Part shown: positions 1-6,539 of the stretch, piece after piece
Numbering within the stretch: the first letter of the stretch is position 1
How the letters are laid out: every line of letters starts with the position of its first letter
Source of the DNA: Chthonomonadales bacterium
GTDB taxonomy: Bacteria; Armatimonadota; Chthonomonadetes; Chthonomonadales; Chthonomonadaceae
Assembly (NCBI GenBank): GCA_038217285.1
Contig: JBBQPO010000189.1
Location: 1 to 11,965, forward strand
Length of the DNA stretch: 11,965 nucleotides
Direction: 5' to 3'
Made by a program: the position numbers and the translations under genes
Notes under the pieces: model-generated
Databases searched by the model: none
Seen by the model: the letters and a program-made list of their open reading frames with translations, nothing else
Told to the model about the DNA's origin: nothing

Positions 1-2
1 GA

Positions 3-485
3 CTGATACTCGATCTCCGCGACGGCTACGGCGGCAACCCGTTCGGCTACACAGATGTGTTTTATAGGCCGGATGTTGCCTGGGAGCAGCAGCTTCATGG
101 ACTGGTGCCGAACACGCGCTATACTGGGTATGATAAGCCGATGGTGGCGCTAATCAACGGAGGGTCGCGGAGCGCCAAGGAGTTCTTTACCTATCAGTTA
201 AAGAAGACCAGGCGCGCGACGGTGGTTGGAACGACTACGGCGGGCGCGTTTCTCGGGGCAGGCAAGTTCGACATCGGCGCAGACGGAATGTTGGAGTTGG
301 CTATTGTCGGTCTGCGGGTCGATGGCAAACGCCTTGAGGGTGCCGGCGTGACTCCCGATATTGAGGTTCCTCTGTCACATGCTTATACGGAGAGGGATAC
401 TCAGTTGCAACGTGGCCAGGAGATACTGATCGAAGAGGTACAGCGCAAAGTCGACGAGTTGAAGGCGAGAAACATTAATCGATAA
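3..485 (+). CDS. S41 family serine peptidase, C-terminal part (5' end outside window)
   Basis: The frame is open from base 3 and reads LILDLRDGYGG (S41 'LILDLRxNxGG' motif), then KPMVALINGGSRSAKE (catalytic Ser motif, cf. SASE), RATVVGTTTAG and LEGAGVTPDIEV. The ORF-track start at 57 is internal. Confidence 0.88.
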   Translation: MILDLRDGYGGNPFGYTDVFYRPDVAWEQQLHGLVPNTRYTGYDKPMVALINGGSRSAKEFFTYQLKKTRRATVVGTTTAGAFLGAGKFDIGADGMLELAIVGLRVDGKRLEGAGVTPDIEVPLSHAYTERDTQLQRGQEILIEEVQRKVDELKARNINR

Positions 486-542
486 ACGGTAGGTCGCCCC
501 GGTCCTTGTGACCACCTCCGTTCTGGTCGAGATGCGCGATTG

Positions 543-569
543 TCGGGCCGCGTCGCGGCCCGATTTTTT
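543..569 (+). terminator. Intrinsic terminator of the S41 peptidase gene
   Basis: 9-bp GC-rich stem TCGGGCCGC-gtc-GCGGCCCGA (543-563) followed directly by TTTTTT (564-569), about 60 nt after the TAA stop. Confidence 0.75.
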
Positions 570-599
570 GAGGGGGGCTAGCCCCCCTCAAAAAATCGG
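560..599. repeat. Perfect 40-bp palindrome with no spacer
   Basis: CCGATTTTTTGAGGGGGGCT|AGCCCCCCTCAAAAAATCGG. All 20 positions pair, centred on CTAG. Confidence 0.95.
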
Positions 600-690
600 T
601 GTTTTATCCTCTACTACTTAACATTATCGGACAATATGATATGTCGAAATGCTGCCGTGCCGGGAAGGACATCTGGCCGAAGTTCCATCG

Positions 691-2619
691 CTATGCTGAA
701 ACGTTGTGGGGTTCCACGGGTACGACGAGGACACGCTCGTCCCCCTCGCGACGGGTAAAGTGGATAATGTCGAGATATTCCAGGGCCTGCAGCGCGAATT
801 TGCGGTTTGAACCCGTAAGATCCCGCAACTCGCCGACGCTGATCGATCCGGTCTGAGCGACATGATCGCGAACTGTCTGCTGGATCTTATCGAGCGTGTC
901 CTTGTGGTAATACTGACCGTCTGCCACGCGGGAGAACGTGCCACGATCCGAACCGATTCGCAGCAGCGCCAACAAGGCATCGGGCGGCGCTTTTACGAGG
1001 CGGCTGACATCGGTGATCGTCGGGATCGCGATGCCGTATTCGCGGTAGATGGAGGCGATGCGGTCGAGGAGAGCGCTCTGACGCTCATTCAACTCGACGC
1101 GGAACGCCGCCAGCCGAACCGTTCCGGATTCCGACGCCAGAAATCCTGTCTGTTGCCAGGGCGTCATCAGGGACTGGAAAGCGCGCGGATCGAGCTGTTT
1201 GTCTAGCGTGGTGCGCAGCTCTTCGGAGGGCATTCCGGCACGCAAAGGAAATTGACGATGATACGACTCAAGGATCAGCGTGACCCGTGCATTTAACGTT
1301 TCGAGAAGCACTCGATGAATCAGACGTCCATTGCCGATCAGGACCGCCTGTCCAGCCTCGGAGATCGAACGGAGCGCCTGATTGAACTCTGGGGGAGGCA
1401 TCTCACTCGCCGAGAATAGGTCGCGTTGCCCGATCCCATACGGGCGGCGTTGCAGCAGAGTTTCTAAAAGATCGCCTGGAGAGCCTTTCTCCGTTGCAGC
1501 GAGGGCTGCGAGGACGGACGCTGTGCCTTTCCGGTGGCGCTGTGGGGCGGCATCCAGCACCTGACCACCGCCGATCGTATGCAGCGGGGAGTAAGACCGC
1601 ACCACAAAACGATCTCCTCGGGCGCACACCAGACTCTTCTCCGCCTGAAACTGCACGTAGGCGGTCGCGCCTCCTGCGAGCTCTGTCCGTTCGTCCAATA
1701 GGCGTACACGGCCCAACAGTTCTGCAGTACCGAGGTGGAGGCGCACCCGGTCGCGGTCGCGGAGCGGGGAAGCGATGTTCGGGAGTAGGTTGAAAGTGGC
1801 GTCGAAGGTGAGGGTAGGGGAGAGCGCGTTCGGAGTAGCGAGTTGGGAACCGCGCTCCAGGTCGTCGATCTCGACGTTGTTAAGGTTGACGGCAACCCGA
1901 GATCCGGCCTCCGCTTCAGTGACTTTCTGATTATGTATCTGAAGCCCGCGCACACGAGACATGGCCTTTTGAGGCACGATCTCGACCGCATCGCCTACGC
2001 GCAGGGTGCCCACAACCAGAGTGCCGGTCACCACGGTCCCGAAACCTGGGCGCGTAAAGACTCGATCTATGGGCAGGCGAAAGGGGAGCCCGGCGTTTCG
2101 TACTTCGGCGCGACTGACGGCAGACTGCAGGGCGCGCTTCAGCGCCTCGATTCCCTTTCCCGTCGTAGCCGAGACACGAATGATCGGTGCATCGGCGATA
2201 AAGGTGCCTGCCAGGTGCGCGCGAACGTCCTCCTCGACTACGTCCGTCCACTCTTTATCGACGAGATCGATTTTTGTCAGGACCACCACACCATTTTTGA
2301 CATCCAACAACCGCAGAATATTGAGGTGTTCGGTGGTCTGAGGCATCATACCTTCGTCGGCGGCGATGACGAGCATAACGACATCGACCCCGCTTACCCC
2401 GGCCAGCATGTTCTTGAGAAAGCGTTCGTGGCCAGGGACATCGACTATTCCGACGACCGTGCCATCTGGGAGACGGAGCGAGGCGAAACCGAGGTCGATC
2501 GTCATGCCGCGCTCCTGCTCCTCCTTTAACCGGTCGGTATTGGTTCCGGTGAGAGCCTTGATGAGCGTGGTCTTGCCGTGATCGACGTGTCCTGCTGTAC
2601 CGATAATGACATGTTTCAT
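691..2619 (-). CDS. selB: Selenocysteine-specific translation elongation factor SelB (642 aa)
   Basis: Start revised to the ATG at 2619, giving [18 protein letters not shown] (SelB G1). Also [29 protein letters not shown]4 [36 protein letters not shown], and the C-terminal winged-helix motif [12 protein letters not shown]...TRREGDERV. The ATG overlaps the upstream TGA (ATGA). Confidence 0.96.
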   Translation of the reverse strand: MKHVIIGTAGHVDHGKTTLIKALTGTNTDRLKEEQERGMTIDLGFASLRLPDGTVVGIVDVPGHERFLKNMLAGVSGVDVVMLVIAADEGMMPQTTEHLNILRLLDVKNGVVVLTKIDLVDKEWTDVVEEDVRAHLAGTFIADAPIIRVSATTGKGIEALKRALQSAVSRAEVRNAGLPFRLPIDRVFTRPGFGTVVTGTLVVGTLRVGDAVEIVPQKAMSRVRGLQIHNQKVTEAEAGSRVAVNLNNVEIDDLERGSQLATPNALSPTLTFDATFNLLPNIASPLRDRDRVRLHLGTAELLGRVRLLDERTELAGGATAYVQFQAEKSLVCARGDRFVVRSYSPLHTIGGGQVLDAAPQRHRKGTASVLAALAATEKGSPGDLLETLLQRRPYGIGQRDLFSASEMPPPEFNQALRSISEAGQAVLIGNGRLIHRVLLETLNARVTLILESYHRQFPLRAGMPSEELRTTLDKQLDPRAFQSLMTPWQQTGFLASESGTVRLAAFRVELNERQSALLDRIASIYREYGIAIPTITDVSRLVKAPPDALLALLRIGSDRGTFSRVADGQYYHKDTLDKIQQTVRDHVAQTGSISVGELRDLTGSNRKFALQALEYLDIIHFTRREGDERVLVVPVEPHNVSA

Positions 2620-3623
2620 GGGGTAAGAGTCGAGATGATCTTGTCGGAGGTGACGTAGACCCCTTCCCTCAAAACGACTGCGGGTTCCGCAGAGCCATCG
2701 ACGGGGCCCCGAATGACGGCCCACTGCCAGAGCCGGTCCGGGCCGCGAAAGCCGGACAGGGTCGCGGCCGCCCCGACAGCCCCATCTTTGCGCAGCGCGA
2801 TCAGAGCGGCGCCATAGTAGCCGTGGGTTTCGGCAGGGCGTTTGCGGAGCAGATATCGCAGTGTTTCGATGCAGGCCTCTTCCGGGGAGAGCCCGCGCTC
2901 CATCAACATGACCACGCGGTAGGAGACACAGGCTTTCATCATCTCATCGCCATGCCCGGTGCCTGCCGCCGCGCCGATGGCGTTGTCTACGTAGAGACCC
3001 GAACCGATGATCGGCGAATCTCCGACGCGTCCAGGCAGTTTCCAGGCCATGCCGCTGGTCGTGCACCCGACCGCCAGGTCGCCATTGGCATCGAGCGCAC
3101 AGAGTCCGATGGTGTCGTGATCGTCGGGGGTCAAGAGGGCTTCATCGGACGGAAGCAGGTCCTCGGGGGAGACGACGTCGAAATGGGCGACATCTGGCCC
3201 GCTTCGTTCCTTTTTCCAGGCTTCCCACTGAGCGCGGCTGGCGTCCGAGAGCAGATCGGCGTCCGGGAAACCTTCCGCGCGCGCAAACTGCCGTGCTTTC
3301 GAACCGACGAGCATGACGTGCGGCGTGCGCTCCATGATCCGCCTTGCCACCGAAATAGGGCGGTTGGTACGTGTCAGGCTGCCGACCGACCCGGCGGCGT
3401 GGGTGGGGCCGTCCATAATTGCCGCGTCCAGCTCTACCTCGCCCTCGGCGTTGGGCAGTCCACCGGTGCCTACAGAGTTCACCGAGGGATCGTCCTCTGT
3501 GACGTTGCCTCCGGCCTCGATGGCATCCAGAGCCGACTTTCCGGCCCGCAACTGCTCCCAGCCTGCCTGACATGCCTGCACTCCAAAACGCCAGGTCGCG
3601 ATGAATACCGGTTCCACTGCCAT
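2616..3623 (-). CDS. N(4)-(beta-N-acetylglucosaminyl)-L-asparaginase (glycosylasparaginase), Ntn-hydrolase asparaginase-2 family
   Basis: IATW N-terminus, SVGTGGLPN..GEVELDAAIMDG, PISVARRIMERTPHVMLVG, autocleavage site HD|TIG, TTSGMAWKLPGRVGDSPIIGSG and GTGHGDEM. The HDTIG motif and N-terminal Trp favour glycosylasparaginase over isoaspartyl peptidase (GTVG). Confidence 0.85.
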   Translation of the reverse strand: MAVEPVFIATWRFGVQACQAGWEQLRAGKSALDAIEAGGNVTEDDPSVNSVGTGGLPNAEGEVELDAAIMDGPTHAAGSVGSLTRTNRPISVARRIMERTPHVMLVGSKARQFARAEGFPDADLLSDASRAQWEAWKKERSGPDVAHFDVVSPEDLLPSDEALLTPDDHDTIGLCALDANGDLAVGCTTSGMAWKLPGRVGDSPIIGSGLYVDNAIGAAAGTGHGDEMMKACVSYRVVMLMERGLSPEEACIETLRYLLRKRPAETHGYYGAALIALRKDGAVGAAATLSGFRGPDRLWQWAVIRGPVDGSAEPAVVLREGVYVTSDKIISTLTP

Positions 3624-3626
3624 TGT

Positions 3627-4493
3627 CTATTGAGCTCCTGCGCGGATGAGATTGTTGAGGGTGATGTCGCCATGAAACACCTCTTCAGCCGGACCGGTCA
3701 TCAACACCCGGTCGTCGCCTGTCCATTCCACCCGCAGGTCACCCCCTGGCAAGTGTACCAGCACATTTCTTCCAGACTTCTTGTTTAAGACCGCCGCCAC
3801 GACGCAGGCACACGCGCCAGTTCCACATGCCTGCGTTATGCCTGCGCCGCGCTCCCAGGTCCGCATAAGGATTTCGGTGGAACTGCATATCTGGACAAAG
3901 TGGACATTCGTCCGTTGTGGAAACGACTTATGGTTTTCGATGGCGGCGCCATAACGCGCCAGGGGCACGCTGTCGGGGTTGTCGCCAAAAATGACGACAT
4001 GAGGATTGCCCATAGAGACAGCGGTAATCTCGAACTTCTGGCCCTCCGCCTTCAGCGTTTCGCCAATAACGGGCCCTTCGTCATCTCCACGCATCGGGAT
4101 TTTCGACCGCTGGAGGATCGGCGATCCCATATCGACCCGCACCGATTCGACCTTGCCGGAGCGGGTCATGAGTTTCAGGACTTTGATACCTGCCAGCGTC
4201 TCTACCTTGAGTTGTGTCTCCGGATTGAGTTTGTGATCGTAGACGAATTTGGCAAAGCAGCGGATGCCATTGCCGCACATCTCGGCTTCGCTGCCATCCG
4301 GATTGAACATCCGCATCTTGTAGTCCGCTTGCTTTGACGGCAAGACAAGGATAAGGCCGTCCCCCCCAATACCGAACTTGCGATCATTGACCCGTTGGCT
4401 CAAATCCGAAAGCACGGATTCCTCGAGGGGGTCCGTCAGGGCATTGACGATAACGAAGTCGTTCCCTATGCCATGCATTTTCGTAAATTTCAC
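3627..4493 (-). CDS. dapF: Diaminopimelate epimerase (288 aa)
   Basis: KFTKMHGIGNDF, GIGGDG, FNPDGSEAEMCGNGIRC, SMGNPH and WERGAGITQACGTGAC, with both catalytic Cys. Start revised to the GTG at 4493, 7 nt after GAGGAG. Confidence 0.97.
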   Translation of the reverse strand: MKFTKMHGIGNDFVIVNALTDPLEESVLSDLSQRVNDRKFGIGGDGLILVLPSKQADYKMRMFNPDGSEAEMCGNGIRCFAKFVYDHKLNPETQLKVETLAGIKVLKLMTRSGKVESVRVDMGSPILQRSKIPMRGDDEGPVIGETLKAEGQKFEITAVSMGNPHVVIFGDNPDSVPLARYGAAIENHKSFPQRTNVHFVQICSSTEILMRTWERGAGITQACGTGACACVVAAVLNKKSGRNVLVHLPGGDLRVEWTGDDRVLMTGPAEEVFHGDITLNNLIRAGAQ

Positions 4494-4534
4494 TCGCTTG
4501 CTCCTCAGCAAAACCTTGTGGCGGACACCTCGCG

Positions 4535-4930
4535 CTAGTCCCGATTGACAGGCTCGGTGGGGGGGTGCATCTGGGGATCCCTGGGTTCACGGGGAGGAGC
4601 GTCGCGAAATTCACGCGGCTCCCTGGGCGGTCCTTCGCGGTAGTCACGGGGTTCGCGCTCGCCGCGTTCCGGCCTTTCACCCATCGGTTCGCGGTTCGAA
4701 TCCTGGTAGAAGTTGGACACGGGGCGGGACGGGACGATAGAAGTAACGGCATGTTTGTAGACGAGTTGCGTGGGCTTGCCGACCGAATCGAGGAGAATGG
4801 TGAAGGCGTCGAAGCCCCGGACTAAGCCGCGCAACTGTACGCCTCCGATCAGATAGATCGTGACGCCGATGTTCTCTTTACGAACTTGATTCAGGAAGAT
4901 GTCCTGAAGGTTTAACTGGGGTTTATTCAC
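4535..4930 (-). CDS. hfq: RNA chaperone Hfq with long repetitive C-terminal tail (131 aa)
   Basis: [34 protein letters not shown] and [13 protein letters not shown] (Sm1/Sm2 motifs). Lies directly downstream of miaA. Start revised to the GTG at 4930, after GGAGA. Confidence 0.96.
   Translation of the reverse strand: MNKPQLNLQDIFLNQVRKENIGVTIYLIGGVQLRGLVRGFDAFTILLDSVGKPTQLVYKHAVTSIVPSRPVSNFYQDSNREPMGERPERGEREPRDYREGPPREPREFRDAPPREPRDPQMHPPTEPVNRD
4574..4657 (-). repeat. Coding tandem repeat with an 11-aa period in the Hfq tail
   Basis: [11 protein letters not shown] / [11 protein letters not shown] / REPRDP (residues 92-119), with synonymous divergence between copies. Confidence 0.85.
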
Positions 4931-5021
4931 TGCGATTCTCCGCCCTGTCAAAGACCAGGGTAAATGAAAGATGGCTTCTGGGTCGCCTCTGCATACCGCG
5001 CACTACCTTTTTCAACGACGA

Positions 5022-5996
5022 TCAAGAGGCTCGATAGCCTTCCGGAGCCATTGCATTGAAGATCTGCGCGGCGACCTCTGCCGAATTAAGTTCAGACACG
5101 TCGAGCCACTGAATCGATAGATCCGCTCGAAACCATGTCTGCTGCCGTTTTGCGAACCGGCGTGTATTTGCCTTTATCTCCTCGACAGCCGACACATAGG
5201 ATCGCTTGCTGTGAAGGTACTCGACTAGCTCCTTATATCCCAGGCTTTTCATTGGGCCGAGCTCACCCGAATAGCCCTGTTGCAGCAGCGTTTCGACTTC
5301 GACGACCAGACCATTGTCCAGCATTTTGTCCACTCGGGCATCGATACGGGCATTCAGCAGCGGTCGCGGTAGCGTCAGGCCGAATCGTATGGCAGCGCGC
5401 GGCTGCCTTCTGGCGCGATCCTCTTCTTGAAACCGACTTATGGGAACGCCCGAGGTAAGGAAGACCTCCATGGCCCGGACGATGCGAATCGCATCGTTGG
5501 GATGGAGACGGTCCGCAGTCACGGAATCTACTTCCTTCAGTTTCTCATGCAGCCAGGGCGCACCCGAGTGGGTGACCCATCCCATAAGTTCGATTCGAAC
5601 CTGGGGGGAGGCCGGCGTTGCCGCCAGTGTCCAGTCGTCAAGCAGTGCGCGAAGGTAGAGTCCGGTTCCCCCGCACACTATCGGAATACGGTTCCTTGCA
5701 GCAATCGCTCCAAGGGCCTCTTCCGCCCCTCGCTTCCAGTCGGCGACACTCACCTGCTGGTCCGGTGGTGCGATATCCAACAGGTGGAATACCGTGTTTC
5801 GGCGTTCCATCGGCGTTGGCTTGGCCGTTCCGATGTCCATACCGCAGTAGACCTGCATGGAGTCGGCGTTGACGATCTCGCCCCCGATGCGCTCTGCCAG
5901 AGCGATTGCTACCGCCGTTTTACCCGTCGCTGTCGCTCCGCATACGACAAGGACGGGGGTGTCCGGCCACCGATTTCGGCTATCCAAGGACCGCAT
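5022..5996 (-). CDS. miaA: tRNA (adenosine(37)-N6)-dimethylallyltransferase
   Basis: GATATGKT P-loop, EIVNADSMQVY.GMDIGTAKP, GGTGLYLRAL, LHPND..RIVRAMEV, SLGYKE and TRRFAKRQQTWFR. Start is probably ATG 5996 (TTG 5987 possible). The ORF-track start at 6065 lies inside the predicted promoter. Confidence 0.96.
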   Translation of the reverse strand: MRSLDSRNRWPDTPVLVVCGATATGKTAVAIALAERIGGEIVNADSMQVYCGMDIGTAKPTPMERRNTVFHLLDIAPPDQQVSVADWKRGAEEALGAIAARNRIPIVCGGTGLYLRALLDDWTLAATPASPQVRIELMGWVTHSGAPWLHEKLKEVDSVTADRLHPNDAIRIVRAMEVFLTSGVPISRFQEEDRARRQPRAAIRFGLTLPRPLLNARIDARVDKMLDNGLVVEVETLLQQGYSGELGPMKSLGYKELVEYLHSKRSYVSAVEEIKANTRRFAKRQQTWFRADLSIQWLDVSELNSAEVAAQIFNAMAPEGYRAS

Positions 5997-6043
5997 CCAG
6001 GCGCGAAAATACGGTCCGAAACGGAGCCGTGTGCGCAAAATCA

Positions 6044-6072
6044 AGTATAGCATACCGGTCTGCAATAAGCAA
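6044..6072 (-). promoter_or_regulatory. Sigma70-type promoter for the miaA-hfq-dapF-glycosylasparaginase-selB operon
   Basis: On the minus strand: TTGCTT (6072-6067), 17-nt spacer, TATACT (6049-6044), with an extended -10 TGn (TGcTATACT). About 50 nt upstream of the miaA ATG. Confidence 0.7.
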
Positions 6073-6179
6073 GAATTGGCCTGCGGTTTCCTTCATCTGC
6101 GGTAAAAAAACGCGATGTCTGCCGTTCTGCTGATCGGCCCGCGCCACGGGACAGGCCGCCACAATATGACGAACGGCCA

Positions 6180-6539
6180 CTACGGAACCGGGACGGAACT
6201 GCTTGGAGACACCGGAATGCTTTTCGCCGACGTCGGCAGGAAAAGCGCTGATCCAGGCAGGGAATCGGCGCCATCCCGCACAAACGCCAGTTGATGATGG
6301 GTATACCGAAGCCCGGAATCGGCAGCAATCGTCTGCCGTTCTCCGCCACGGTTCAATGTCAAGGTGATCGGTGTACGGGGCGGAATTCGGCCAAGCTGGT
6401 CTTTGAGCGAGTCGAGTGTAATCGGCTCCCCATTGAGCGCCACGAGGCTGTCCCCCACCTGCAGCCGACAACGGGCGGCGGCAGAACCTGTCTCGACGGC
6501 GTCGATAACGACGCCATCGTTTGGGCCGCCTTTGCCTTA
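6180..6539 (-). pseudogene. C-terminal PDZ-coding remainder of the M61 peptidase, cut off by an in-frame TAA at 6537-6539
   Basis: Same frame as 6537..8105. Reads YLGVQLH*GKGGPNDGVVIDAVETGSAAARCRLQVGDSLVALNGEPI...ITLTLNRGGE, a continuous PDZ pattern, and ends at TAG 6180-6182. Confidence 0.82.

Noticed and set aside
486..690. tRNA-Sec (selC) or other ncRNA next to selB
   Set aside because: No TTCAAA anticodon loop, T-loop or cloverleaf on either strand. Only local hairpins.
2570..2619. Autoregulation of selB by Sec readthrough of the UGA overlapping its start codon
   Set aside because: ATGA overlaps are very common, and the downstream sequence gives only a weak stem (ATCGGT/GTCGAT) with no convincing SECIS.
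2620..2724. 35-aa N-terminal extension of SelB in the ORF track
   Set aside because: It overlaps the asparaginase gene in another frame. The family N-terminus starts at [11 protein letters not shown] (2619).
1843..3788. Long plus-strand ORFs 1843..2529 and 2823..3788, and similar antisense ORFs elsewhere
   Set aside because: They are antisense shadows of well-supported genes in GC-rich DNA and have no recognisable motifs.
4985..5015. Internal hfq promoter TTGAAA...TATGCA
   Set aside because: The spacer is only 14 nt and the -10 is poor.
6537..6539. Selenocysteine or pyrrolysine codon, or an alternative genetic code
   Set aside because: The codon is TAA, and TAA is a normal stop for the S41 and YfhO genes in this window.
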